Part shown: positions 12,970 through 26,709 of the stretch, piece after piece | How positions within the stretch are numbered: the stretch's first letter is position 1 | How the letters are laid out: each line of letters opens with the position of its first letter | Origin: Rhizophagus irregularis | Taxonomy: Eukaryota | DNA: 64,000 nt | NCBI RefSeq assembly: GCF_026210795.1 | Contig: NC_089431.1 | Coordinates: 682,001-746,000 of the forward strand | Direction of reading: 5' to 3' | Translations under genes and position numbers: made by a program | The notes under the pieces: generated by a model | Database searches by the model: none | What the model was told of the DNA's origin: nothing | The model's input: the letters and a program-made list of their open reading frames with translations, nothing else

Positions 12970-14320
12970 TTAATTTTCGTCGGGTAGTATAAAATCGAAT
13001 TGACGCGTACTGTAATCTTTAGAAGAAAAATAGGAAATTAAATTACACGTAAAACAATTGTTTTTAAATGCATAATTCCAAAAACATACTATTGGCAATA
13101 GGAATAGTTGGTAAAAGGCGACTAGTATAAATGGCTGATTTGTGAACTGATTGTGAATTTTCTCGTACGGGATTAACTGAATTAAATTCGTCAGCGGTTT
13201 TAAATTGATTCGAAATGTTCTCATTTGAACCTTCGAACCAGCCTTGCAACGTATTTGCTATGTATTCTGCTGTAGGACGTTTTTTTGGATCAGAATTCCA
13301 ACATTGTTGCATTAGTTCTATATAGCAGGGCGGTGTTCCCTCAATAGGCTTTGGGCGTAAACCATCACAAATACTAAATGCTAAATCAATATCACGTGAA
13401 CGTTCGTAAAATGGCAATTGAAAAGAGGTGAATTCCCACATGATCATTCCAAAACTGTATATATCTGCGGCTTTAGTGTATGGTCGTATACATAATACTT
13501 CGGGAGCAACGTACGGCATCACACCGTTCACTTCGGTAGAAGTTTGTAAAGTACTGACATCCTGAGACTGCCCCAAGTCAGAAATGCATGTGATAGTATC
13601 AACAAGCACTGGAGATCTTTGTGTACAAGGTCGGCGTTATGGATATTTCGGAGATCCCGAGCAAGTTGCAAAAGCATATCCAGCTTCTTTGACCAATTAA
13701 GATTACGAGCATGACAACGAAAATAGTGGCGCAAATCACCTTTTCTATAATAATCAGTAACAATAAAATATTTGTGGGTATGGGATCTTGTGTAACTCCA
13801 TAACATTCAAACCCGTTAGGATTGAATTTCATATATTGGTGAAGTATTTTTAACTAAGAATTATTTAGAACTCATGAATGATATAATTATATGTTCATAA
13901 TAATCATATATATATATGTCCATAGTTATAATGATTGCTTACCTCATGCATAAAATCGCTAAAACCCTCATAAAGACATTTTAAAGCAACAAGTTCAGTT
14001 CCCCAACGTGCCCACTTCTTTTCTTTAGGCATCCATTTTATGATACATCCTTTCTTCCATTTTGATTTATAAATAATTCCGTAGCCGCCTCTTCCAACCT
14101 CCTCGACTTCAGTAATATTTGTATAAGGAATCCACTCAAATACTTCTTGCCAACACCTTACAGTGAGCTGTGTTTCTCTAAGAAACTTGTCGAGTTCTTC
14201 ATTACTACTTGTCCAACTTGAGAATTCGGCTTCCAAGCGTTTGGCGTTGCAGCTTCGACACCATTTTAAGCCTGTGTTTTTCTCCTTACACTCTTTGCAG
14301 TATCCGAAATTTTTATTCAT
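12970..14320 (-). pseudogene. Tyrosine-kinase-like (TKL) protein kinase of the expanded Glomeromycotina type, frameshifted
   Basis: N-terminal CKEC..WCRSC and WTSSNEELDKFL, then GRGGYG, VALK, CYGVTQDP, HKDL, ISDLG, GVMPYVAPE and DIYSFGMIMWE. The domain is spread over several frames, with shifts near 13780 and 13610; the second removes the (S)GN part of the catalytic loop. Confidence 0.85.
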
Positions 14321-15258
14321 TCGTGTGTGTTTTGAAAAGAGTGTAAAGTGTATTTAAGAAAAAGAAAATAAATTATCGGATTTTCCTCAATTTATGGTAA
14401 CAAAGTAAGTAATAAAGAAGCAATCAAAAAAATCAAACGTAACATATACAGTTACACGTAATAAAAAGTTTTCAAACCAAGAAAGCACTAAAAGGAGTAA
14501 GCATCATGTGATGTACAGATAAAGATGGTCAACTGTTGAGCATTAATAAAACCGATTTAATACTGTACTTTCTTTCCCATTAAAATTCACAATTTTACCA
14601 GCCACTTTGGTGAGTGTCATTTATAAACAACAGTAATATTATGTGACTTCAAAACTTTTATAAAAAGAAGTTAAACCGATAAAATGATAGAGCAATTGTG
14701 CTACACATTCCTATCGGTTCATTTTATAAAGTTTTTTAATAAGAATTTGAGGTAATATTAATGGATTAAAAAAAAGCGAAATTTAATAATTTTGATAAAT
14801 GGAAATAATAAAATATGAAATTTCGGATGGATTCTACAAAAATTCCGTGTAATATAACAAAAAAATTCTGCCGCTTGTGTCTCAAGCGTTATTCAAACGC
14901 AACGAACTAAGACTCTACTTTAGAAAGGTTTGTCACAAGAATTCCTATCAATTTATTTAGAAAGTTGATCACATTTCAAAGATTTTCATAATAAAAACCA
15001 TCGTTTATTCAAAAATTTTTATAGAGAATATTCTATAGAATTTTAAATTTTTCTATCAGGATGTAGGCCTATAAATTATAAGTTTCGTCTATATAGTAAA
15101 ATTTCAATAAGTAAATAAATGGCTTGTAAGTAAATTAAATATCATATTTCAATTAAATTTCAACATATGATATGCATTATACACACATTTAAATTTAATA
15201 AAAATTTATTTGGAATTTATACATTATAAATTAATCAAATAAATTTAAGATCATAAAA

Positions 15259-15295
15259 CTAGAATATGCGATTTGCTGGGGGACTTCGTCCCCCA
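15259..15295 (-). mobile_element. Probable Helitron 3' terminus (GC hairpin plus CTAG)
   Basis: The minus strand reads TGGGGGAC-GAA-GTCCCCCA (8-bp stem, 15295-15277), then 14 nt, then CTAG followed by T, the canonical Helitron 3' signature. The 5' end was not identified. Confidence 0.6.
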
Positions 15296-15796
15296 AATAT
15301 AACATTTATAATTAAAAAAATTCTTTGATATAAATAAATTGAATTGTTACCGAATAATAAAATTTTATTATAATTAGACCCTATAAAAAATCATGTTTTA
15401 ATAAGATTTATACAATTTTTTCTTAAAAATAATGTATCTAAACTATATATAAGGATATAGGAAAATGCACAATTCCATATCACAAAAATGCACCATTTGT
15501 ATGATTGACCATAATTTATACTGAATTTATATTGATTTGATCAAAGAAATTACATAATTTGAGCATAAAATTTACAAGAATTGGTCAATGAATTTACTGC
15601 TTAAATTATAATTATTAATATTAGTTGCATTTATATGAATTTAATTTTAAATAATAATATTTTATTAAATTATTAAATCAAATATCATGTGATTATAATT
15701 AGCCAATAATATAAATTAATTTTTATAATTTAAAATAATGACATAAGCTGTAATAAGTGTTCTAAAGTTAATACAGCTACAAAAAAATGAAATCTT

Positions 15797-17952
15797 ATGA
15801 AAACTAATATTCAAGTAGTTTCAACCTGCCTGAACAACTTTCAATTAATAAATAAAGTTGATTTCATTTGCCCAAAGTGGAAATATTACGCTTTAAATTA
15901 AAAAACAGAAAAGAGAGTTAATATCATCAAGAAAAATGCAATTTTCTCTAAGCACTACACCTACATTCATGAAAATTAATATTCAAGTAGTTTCAACCTG
16001 CCTGAACAACCTTCAATTAATAAATAAAGTTGATTTCATTTGTCTAAAGTGAAAATATTACGCTCTAAATTAAAACACAAAAAAGAGAGTTAATATCATT
16101 AAGAAAAATGCAATTTTCTCTAAGCACCACACCTACATTCATGAAAATTAATATTCAAGTTGTTTTAACCTGCCTGAACAACTTTCAATTAATAAATAAA
16201 GTTGATTTCATTTGTCTAAAGTGGAAATATTACGCTCTAAATTAAAAAAAACAGAAAAGAGAGTTAATATCATCAAGAAAAATGCAATTTTCTCTAAGCA
16301 CTACACCTACATTCATGAAAATTAATATTCAAATAGTTTCAACCTGCCTGAACAACTTTCAATTAATAAATAAAGTTGATTTCATTTGCCCAAAGTGGAA
16401 ATATTACGCTCTAAGTTAAAAAAACAGAAAAGAGAGTTAATATCATCAAGAAAAATGCAATTTTCTCTAAGCACTACACCTACATTCATGAAAATTAATA
16501 TTGAAGTTGTTTCAATCTACCTGAACAACTTTCAATTAATAAATAAAGTTGATTTCATTTGCCTAAAGTGGAAATATTATGCTCTAAATTAAAAAACAGA
16601 AAAGAGAGTTAATATCATCAAGAAAAATGCAATTTTCTCTGAGCACTACACCTACATTCATGAAAATTAATATTCAAGTGGTTTCAACCTGCCTGAACAA
16701 CTTTCATTTAATAAATAAAGTTGATTTTATTTGCCCAAAGTGGAAATATTACGCTATAAATTAAAAAACAGAAAAGAGAGTTAATATCATCAAGAAAAAT
16801 GCAATTTTCTCTAAGCACTACACCTACATTCATGAAAATTAATATTCAAGTGGTTTCAACCTGCCTGAACAACTTTCAATTAATAAATAAAGTTGATTTC
16901 ATTTGTCTAAAGTGGAAATATTACGCTCTAAATTAAAAAACAGAAAAGAGAGTTAATATCATCAAGAAAAATGCAATTTTCTCTAAGCACTACACCTACA
17001 TTCATGAAAATTAATATTCAAGTTGTTTTAACCTGCCTGAATAACTTTCAATTAATAAATAAAGTTGATTTCATTTGTCTAAAGTGGAAATATTACGCTC
17101 TAAATTAAAAAAACAGAAAAGAGAGTTAATATCATCAAGAAAAATGCAATTTTCTCTAAGCACTACACCTACATTCATGAAAATTAATATTCAAATGGTT
17201 TCAACCTGCCTGAACAACTTTCAATTAATAAATAAAGTTGATTTCATTTGTCTAAAGTGGAAATATTACGCTCTAAGTTAAAAAACAGAAAAGAAAGTTA
17301 ATATCATCAAGAAAAATGCAATTTTCTCTGAACACTACACCTACATCCATGAAAATTAATATTCAAGTAGTTTCAACCTGCCTGAACAACTTTCAATTAA
17401 TAAATAAAGTTGATTTCATTTGTCTAGAGTGGAAATATTACGCTCTAAATTAAAACACAAAAAAGAGAGTTAATATCATCAAGAAAAATGCAATTTTCTC
17501 TAAGCACTACACCTACATTCATGAAAATTAATATTCAAATGGTTTCAACCTGCCTGAACAACTTTCAATTAATAAATAAAGTTGATTTCATTTGTCTAAA
17601 GTGGAAATATTACGCTCTAAGTTAAAAAACAGAAAAGAGAGTTAATATCATCAAGAAAAATGCAATTTTCTATGAGCACTACACCTACATTCATGAAAAT
17701 TAATATTTAAGTAGTTTCAACCTGCCTGAACAACTTTCATTTAATAAATAAAGTTGATTTCATTTGCCCAAAGTGGAAATATTACGCTCTAAATTAAAAA
17801 ACAGAAAAGAGAGTTAATATTATCAAGAAATGCAATTTTCTCTAAGCACTATACCTATATTCATGAAAATTAATATTCAAGTGGTTTCAACATGCCTGAA
17901 CAACTTTTAATTAATAAATGAAGTTGATTTCATTTGGCCAAAGTGGATATTA
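15797..17952. repeat. Tandem array of about 12.5 copies of a 172-173 bp unit
   Basis: Units start ATGAAAATTAATATTCAAG at 15797, 15969, 16141 ... 17863. Copies are highly similar and there are no unique spacers. Confidence 0.97.
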
Positions 17953-20441
17953 TAGTATATTTGGAAAAAGAAGTTTAATTTAAAAAAATTTTATATAAAA
18001 AATAAATGTAATATGAAAATTAAGAACTGAGATGATAAAAATTTGAAAATGACCTGACATAAATTTTTAATTAATTTTTTCATTAATTATAAATTCAAGT
18101 AGTTTAAAAATAAAAATAGTAAGAAAAAATATTTTTTATGAAATATCACATTATTTTCTAAAAAAAATATACTTAAATACACTTATAAATTTAATTTGTG
18201 ATTATGTAATATCCAAATATTTAATCTTACAAATAGAAAAAAATGTAAAAAAATTTATAAAAAAAGAAAAAATTTTGAAAAAAATTTTCGTCTAACACTT
18301 TTTTATTTTGATTATCACAAGATCTACATGATCATCTACACGTTTCAATTTTTTTAACGAAAAAGAAATATATTTGAATCTATTTTTATTGAAAATCAAT
18401 AAAGATCAACAAAATCAAATACAAATATAAAACTTATTGTTTGATGCCTCAAGTTAATATGTAGCGAAAGTGGCACAAAAATGAATATTTTGTAATTTTA
18501 TTCTAATGATATCAAAGAAGCAATATTGCAATAACAACGTCTATAGCTATATAGCTATTGCAATTGCAATTAGCAATATATATAGCTATATAAAATTGAA
18601 TCAAAAAAGTTCACATTGAGCATTTCCGAAATTATGAAAAAATGCATGTAGATCGTATGACAAACTACAAATTAAGCGAAAAAGTGAATAAATTTGGAAG
18701 ATGATCATCAGAAATTTATCATCCAAAAGCATACTATCGCTAATTTAAAATAAATTTTACCATTTCAATCTATAATTAAATTTAATGGAGATTTCATTGA
18801 GATCACCAAATGTATCAGCTATTTATGGGTGATAAACTTTATGCAAATCATACCATTTCGACCAGTGTATGCACCAGATCCAAGGCCTTCCAGAAATTCT
18901 CAGAGTTTCTAATAGTCTAATACTAATATTTACTTTTTCTGTATTATGATTTACTTTAAATACAGTATTCTTCTAGAATTGGATCAAAGCGTTAATTCAT
19001 TATACCTTATTATTATTTACAGATTTTTTCCTCGTTTGTTTGATTGATAATTTTAAGTATGAAATTTATTGTTTAATGATGCTTTCGTTTGATTTCGTAG
19101 AGTGGATAAAGATATACGATGATTAAAATCTAGTATTGGAATCGCAAGAATGATAAATCTGGATGACTGGGATCACGAATTCACAGGCTACTTAACATAT
19201 GGGCCAGTATTTGTGTAAAAGTTCTAATTCGTGATGTGGATAATTTTATAGGAATTATTTTTTGTCTCATAGATGTATGAAATCAAGGCGAACTAACAAT
19301 TACAGGTGTTTTCATAATTTATGGATTTGCAGGAAATTTATTTTATTTTATTATTGCCTTTTATATTGCTAAAAATAATGAGAAAATTTTTGTTTCTGAG
19401 TGTTGACGGGTTATTGGCAAATTGAAAAAAAAATAGCAATAATTAGTGCATCATATTTTAGCGTAAACTTTATAAATTACATATATAGTGTATATACTTC
19501 AACCTTTTACCCCTCTAATATTATCATGGCTAAATCAAAAATGTGGAATATTAGGTAAGCGACCTCTGCAGACAAAATTCGTCATATCTATGTACAGACT
19601 ATTTTGAATTGAATTGAATTATAATGCTTTTTATATAAGGAGCCCCAGTTGGAGAGGTACCGCCTGCCTATTCTGATTAGACGCACGGTACTTATCGCAT
19701 GCTGGAGAAGACAACGATTCCTAGAACGAAATACACTATACTGAATGCGAACAAAGCCTGCATGTTGAACTATAGATACAACTTCTCTTATCGGCCAAAA
19801 CTTGAACCAAATGAAGCACTTAGTGCTGTTGCATCTAAATCATACTCGCATATGAGCTTCATGTATGGTAGGCATTCTAAAAAGGTGTAAAAATTCAATG
19901 AGAAGGTTTTTAGGGGTGACAAATTAGACGAAGGAGAAGTTGGAGGTAATAGATAGCCGGGTCATATTGTTAAACTTTGGAGAGAATTTTTTTGATGTTG
20001 TCAAATAAAATCACTAGAGGTATGCACGTAATTTGAGTTGAGTAACACTAACCTTATAAGATCTGAAGTCACAATTTGCACAGCTTCTGAAGTGGAATTC
20101 CTATAATAAATTTTCAGAAAATGATCATGTGTCTGAGATTCTTGAATAAAAAACTCATTTATCCATTTATCTGAGGCTCTGAGTTTTTTCTAGAATTTTT
20201 TTTTTATAGGGGATATTATTAGCTGTCAATAAAAAATGATTTATAAGCTGCCAATCAAAGGTGATTTACAATTAATTATAAAAAATGACTCATTTGAAAT
20301 TACAGTCTCGTGACTTTTTTGTTTGCCAATAATTTTCTACACATGATTTTTAATGCATTTATTTTGACACGTATCGCTGTTAGGTTTACAGTTTGTTTGG
20401 GTCACTTTTCTCTCCTCGTCTTTTGTGGTCAAATTTTCTTA

Positions 20442-21286
20442 ATGTCTCACATCTCAGGAAAAGATAAAAGTGAGCCTTTTTTGTGAATTTTCTATTACTT
20501 TGCCAAGGTATTTATATATACTTATGGTTTATCCTCACAGAGCTAGATATTGGCGATATTTACAGAGATTCCCTAAAAGCATCTGAAGAATATGAAGCTT
20601 GTTTAACTACTACTATATATGGTGATACGTATTTGGACCCAGAAAAATGTAAAGCTAGAGGTTTTGATCCAATCAAGTAAGTGGTTTATTAACTTTATTT
20701 CTTTGATCTCTTTTCTAATATGTCTCTTACTACAGAGCACTTGAAGAAGAGGAAGAAAGAACTGATTTGTCTGGGGAATGGATTGAAAGAACAGCGGATA
20801 AGAAAGGATTTAACGCTATGTTTCAAGAATTTATTGATAAAGCGTAAGTTGGCATCTATTGCTCTTAATTGTAAAACGAAGTCACAAGTAGAAATTAATA
20901 ATATCTCTTTTTCATAGTCCGCCAGAATATGTAAATAAAGATCTGAAATTTTCGGTTTGCTTTGATGACTTCCCAAAGAAAAAAAATAAGGGAAATAAGA
21001 GTTATAAAAAGCTACCAATAGAGGTATTTATTTTAATTTATTTATGAGTAATTGATATTTAATGAAGATGTTATTGACTCTTTCTTAAATTCAGAAAAAT
21101 CGTTCTTTACTGGACAAAGCTTCATATCTTCTTAACCGTAAAATCAAACTTGAAGATGGATTCCATGTCAAAGTTGTTAGCGTAAAGATGAGCAATGACG
21201 GTATTTTTTTGGAGGTGGAGGAAAAAGTGGGAGATAAATTGGAATATTACGAAATTATGTATCAGCAAGATATGGTTGGGGTATAA
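20442..21286 (+). CDS. Hypothetical protein, 5 exons, intact
   Basis: ATG at 20442. Four GT-AG introns (GTGAGC, GTAAGT, GTAAGT, GTATTT) join in frame to give MSHISGKDKKLDIGDIYRDSLK...YEIMYQQDMVGV*. No family recognised. Confidence 0.7.
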
Positions 21287-22021
21287 TTTTTTTATTTTTC
21301 ATTTAAGTAACATTCTCATTTACTTTTGCAAATGATATTTTCATTTAAGAAAAAATTTTGATCTGTAAATGACATTCATTTAATGTAATAATTATTATAT
21401 GCAATAAGCATCATACTGCAAATAAAAAGTGCCAAATTCTGAGAACAACTTTTGCAAAAAATAATTTTCAATACATTTTTATTTTCCAATGTATATAAAG
21501 TTAAAAAATACTAGAGAAGTAAAAGAAATATAATGCCATTAAAGAGGGAGTGAGTACTTGGATCCTAAACCATAAATGGGAATCCCAGCATTAAAGTTAT
21601 TTCTTTAGGCAAACTTGGCTTGGTAACCTTTATCTTTATTAAATTTATACAAGAATTCAAAATGAACAAGAGAATGTGTGAAGTTCTATAATAAACACAC
21701 TAAAAATAAAAGCCAAACAGTCTCCTAAAAATACAAATAAAAGAAAGCTAAACTAAAAAGTGATATATACCCAAGTCATAACTGTGTTTACATTGTATCT
21801 CTAGATTCTTCCCTAAAATCTATTTCAAAATTAGTAAAAGCAACTGTGCTAAAAGACCTACTCTCCAAATAACCTTTACTAGAAACGCAACTCAGGGTTG
21901 AACAACTGGTGAATCTTTAGTGCCATTAGACTGATTAGCTAACGAAGCAAACTTTGTTAGATAACTTATTAAGAATGGTTCGTTAGGCAAACTCTATGTT
22001 TCATGATTATTATAGATGTTC

Positions 22022-22201
22022 TATACATGCTGCCCAAATTATTTTGGGATGCCATAATTATAATTTGGGATGTCATAATTCATTCAGTTTATATATAATT
22101 TACTATGTAAAGTGCCAAAATAATTTGGGATGCCATAATTGAATTTGGAATTTTACTTATAATTACTACGGCAGTCCAAAATAATTTGGATGGCATGTAT
22201 A
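22022..22201. mobile_element. 180-bp MITE, hAT-like (8-bp TSD)
   Basis: Termini TATACATGC...GCATGTATA with further inverted CCAAATTATTTTGG/CCAAAATAATTTGG. AGATGTTC is duplicated at 22014-22021 and 22202-22209. Confidence 0.8.
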
Positions 22202-22456
22202 AGATGTTCCCATAAATCTTCACTTAAGAATTTGATTTGTAAAAAGACATGCATGTGCAGTCTTCAATTCCAGACCTCAACTAGGAAAAGTATGACTATT
22301 GTTGGGATGATTCTAAGAGTAAGGTTATAATAATAAAGATAATTTTCCCTATTTGACTATATTACAAAATTATTTCTTTACTTTCTCACACATTTTACAA
22401 GATTCTTTCCTCTCTTTCTTTTATTACAATAGGTTTCAGAAATAAATTATTCTACC

Positions 22457-23774
22457 AGGACCCCGGAAAATGCTTATATATGTAAGGTACCAAGGTGCTT
22501 AGCCAACATAGAAAAATTTTATGATGTAAGAATTTTATAATGCTTAATTTTAAGAAAATTTTATACTATGTAAGATAATTAAATTGCATATTTTTGGTAT
22601 TATTTTAAAATACTAAGAGTTTCTAGTTGCTTATTTTTCATATTTATAGAACTTTTTAAATTATTATATATAGAATTTATAATTAATTTTTATTTATTTT
22701 CACTAACGGTAAGTGTTAATTTTGTACTACATTTCACGATTTTATATAAATACATAAACAAAAATTTTTTTTGATGGAATTTCAGTTTTTTTTTTCAATG
22801 TTTTATTAATTATCTTTCAATAGTATCTTTTTAATTTTTATTAAACTCAGTGTATTATTTTTAATATAAAATTACTATATTATACATGTTTATTTTGTTA
22901 AATAAAGTTACTGTAAATATATTTTACTTTAAAATATAATTTCACTACTTACCACTTTGGTTATATCAAATTATCTTTTATGCTTAAGTAAGGTTATTCA
23001 GCAAGTTAAATCTACTTGTATTTTAATTTTCATAAGGCTAAGTATGATATTTATATAGAAAAGCATATTTTTTTTAACGGTAATAACTTTTAAATTTTTC
23101 ACTTTTTCGTTTATAACTTCAGAGCGTAATTACACCACTTCAGTCAAATGAAATCGACTTTCTAAATTAATTGAAAGTTGTTCAGCAAGGTCGAAACTAC
23201 TTATATATTAATTTTTATGAGTGTGGGTATAATACTTATGTAGAAAAGTGCATTTTTCATAACGGTACTAACTTCCGAATTTTTCATTTATCCGTTTACA
23301 ACTTCAGAGCGTAATTACACCCCTTTGGTCAAATGAAATCGACTTTCTAAATTAATTGAAAATTGTTCAGCAAGGTCGAAACTACCTACATATTAATTTT
23401 TATGGGTGTAAGTATAATACTTATGGAGAAATTTACATTTTTTGTAATAGTATTAATTTCGAATTTTTCTCTTACTATTTATTAACTTTATTAATTGAAT
23501 ATTATTAATCTACTTGTATATTATGTTTAGTTTAGCTTCACAACATATTTAAAATTGGATTTAATAAAATATATTAATTAATAAATATATTTTATAAATT
23601 ATATGTGTTATAATAAAAATTTAATTAGGTTAGAAGATTGATTTGCTTATTTTTATATAATTTTTAAGGTTAGATATCAACAATGCTTAGCGATCATAGT
23701 AAAAACCTGTGCTTAGAGCTACTAATAAAAAATATTTTTGGGACCTTACCTATATAAGTATTTTCCGGGGTCCT
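22457..23774. mobile_element. Non-autonomous TIR DNA transposon (about 1.3 kb) with internal repeats of about 185 bp
   Basis: TIR of about 32 bp, AGGACCCCGGAAAATGCTTATATATGTAAGGT, inverted at the right end. ATTCTACC is duplicated at 22449-22456 and 23775-23782. Internal repeat starts GTT(A/G)TTCAGCAAG near 22993, 23178 and 23363. Confidence 0.85.
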
Positions 23775-24609
23775 ATTCTACCCATATTTACAAAATTTTT
23801 GTTTATATATCTCTTTCAAATATATATATTATATAAGATATAAAAAATTTTGATTCTATATGAGGAATTTTTAATATTAGTAATGTGAACTGATATATTC
23901 ATTTTTATAACATTCCATTCTGCCAGAAATTGCTGATATGATACTGCACAAAGTTTCAAGAATTCAGCATGCATTTGATATATTTGACATATTATGCTAA
24001 ACTTTTGCTATTAATAATTTTCTCAGTAAAAATCAAAATGCTGATATATAGGAATGTGATCCAGTCCTCAGTTTTAAACTGAACTGATAGGACTGTCAGT
24101 TCTATATAAGAAATTTTTTAACTAAAATTCATAGTGCCAGCCCAAATTATAGTAATATAACAGTATTCCATACGAATTAAATTTCTCCTCTAAAATTCAA
24201 TTCGATTCAGACTCAATTCAGACTTAATTCAACCTCCAAAAATTGTTATCTTAGGATCTAGTAATTCAATTTCAATGATCTTTTTTTTTTTTAATTGATA
24301 GGCCTTATTGCTCTGATTAAAATAAAAAAAGATCATTAAAATCGGACTGCTAAATCAAAAGTTATTCGCAAAATACATTTTTATTATTTGGGAGCAATTA
24401 GAGTCACACCATGTCATGAATCGATTTATGCGAAACACTATATTATACTATTTAAAAAAAGAAAATTTTATTTTTGTGAAAATTAAAATTTATTAGGTAA
24501 ATCTTACCAGTCAAGGAAAAACCCATTTCTATAAAAAAAGTAATAAAAAGAAATATTAGAATTGTTTCTAACATAATAAGAAGCCTACTTTGCTGAAATT
24601 TGGAGTTTA

Positions 24610-25490
24610 CAATCGATATTGATTAGATATTGCAATGATATCATTACGATATCATTACGATATTTTGATAAAAAATAGATTCGACGTCGTTAAGTTAGTC
24701 GTAACTATATTTATTCGACATTGATTAGTTCGATATCTCTGCGATATCGCAGCGATCATTATGCGATGTAAATATTATCACGTAATCACATCGTAGTGAT
24801 GTCGTATTAACATTGAATTAATATTACAAAAATATTTGACATTTATTTGATATCGTAACCATGTCGTATTAACATTGAATTAATATTACAAAATATTTGA
24901 CATTTTATTTGATATCGTAACCACATCGTAGTGATGTCGTATTAACATTGAATTAATATTACAAAATATTTGACATTTTATTTGATATCGTAATCACATC
25001 GTATTGATATCATATTAACATCGAATTAATATTCAAAAATATTTTATCTATTTGATATCGTAACCACATCGTAGTGATGTCGTATTAATATTGAATTAAT
25101 ATTACAAAATATTTGACATTTTATTTGATATCGTAACCACATCGTAGTGATATCATATTAACATCGAATTAATATTGCAAAATATTTGACATTTTATTTG
25201 ATATTGTAACCACATTGTAGCCATATCGTAGTGATATCATATTAACATCAAATTAATATTGCAAAAATATTAAAAATATTTTACATCTATTTGATATCGT
25301 AGCCACATCGTAGTGATGTCGTATTAACATTGAATTAATATTACAATTTTATTTGATATCGTAACTACATCATAATAATATCATATTAATATCGAATTAA
25401 TATTACAAAAAATGTTTTACATTTATTTAATATCGTAACTACATCGTAATGATATTATATTAACACCGAATTAACATCACAAAAATATTT
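24610..25490. repeat. Tandem array with a 60-75 bp unit, probably subterminal repeats of a DNA transposon
   Basis: About ten copies of GATATCGTAACCACATCGTAGTGATGTCGTATTAACATTGAATTAATATTACAAAA, lying 3' of the minus-strand transposase at 26710. Confidence 0.8.
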
Positions 25491-26709
25491 TTATTGTAAT
25501 ATATGTTTATTATTTATTATACATTAATAATAATAATTTTTTATTAGTGGATTATTATGGGTGAGTGGAGTACATTTCTTTTCTTCCTTTTTTTTTATTC
25601 TTTTCTTCTCTTTTTTATTCTTTTCTTCTCGTATGTGAGTGGATGGATACGTCATTTTCAATTTTAAAATATATATATATATATATATAAAAAATAAAAA
25701 AAACAATCATGATTAATAAAATGTACTCTTTGTAAAATATATTTAAAATTTAATACATAACCTTGGGATAATAGTTAGAGCAGGTAATTCCGGGATTTTG
25801 TAAAGAATAATAAAAATGATAATATTTTTAAGTTAGTTCTTTCTTTAAATTTTTTTAAAAGTGTTTTGTTTCTTAAAATCATAATATTGTAAAAAAATGC
25901 TGGTTGCTACGACTGACGGACAACGACAAATTGTCAGGCTACCCCCAGACAAAGTAATTGGAAGGCGGAAAATGCCATAAATATCCAGCCCTATTTTACA
26001 ACATTTTCTTCCAGGCTAAAGCAAATATTACAAAAGAAATTGCAAATATATTTAACAAGCAATTGATACATGGCCGTTGAAAAATATATTCACATTTATA
26101 CCACAGTCTAACAAAAAAATACTCAAACCACAACATATTGTAAAAAAAATATGAAAAATACGCGTATATCCTATTTTCATACCTTGCTTAACAGCTCCAC
26201 TATTTATTTAAAAAACGGCTTTTTTCTCTTTTATATGTGGGTAGGTGGGTACATTTTTCCTTTCTTTTATTCTTTTCTTTCGTATGTGAGTGGCGGGTAC
26301 ATTTTCTTTTCTTTATTCTTGCTTTTATTCTTGCTTTTCGTATGTGGGTGTCTTACTATGTTGAATATATAAACTAAAGTGTCCCAAAGTATTGTTAATA
26401 TTGTAAAAAGATAATTAAAGTATACTTTAAAAAGAAAAAAGAAGAGACGAACTAAAATACCGTAAAGTATTAATATAAAAGACAAGAGAAAAGCGTATTT
26501 TTGAAAATAAACAAAAAAAATCTCATTAATAAACGCGAATTTTAGCTATTTTTAGATATCACATGCATGATATCACATGCATGTAATTAAAGTGATTTTA
26601 ATTGGTTAATTTTAATTTATTATTACATCATGCATATGATTTTATTGGTTAAAATTTTATACGATACAAATTAAAATAATTATTTTATTATATTTATATA
26701 ATAATATAA

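Noticed and set aside
15797..17952. CRISPR-like array, or coding ORFs 16386-16592 and 17075-17281
   Set aside because: Whole 172-bp units repeat with no unique spacers, there are no cas genes, and the context is eukaryotic. The ORFs are by-products of the repeat.
18800..19950. Possible gene remnants, including ORF 19699-19890
   Set aside because: Some splice-like signals are present, but I could not build a consistent frame or find a recognisable motif.
25500..26490. Short ORFs and GTGAGTGG-containing repeats
   Set aside because: Low-complexity T-rich sequence with no supportable protein or defined element boundary.
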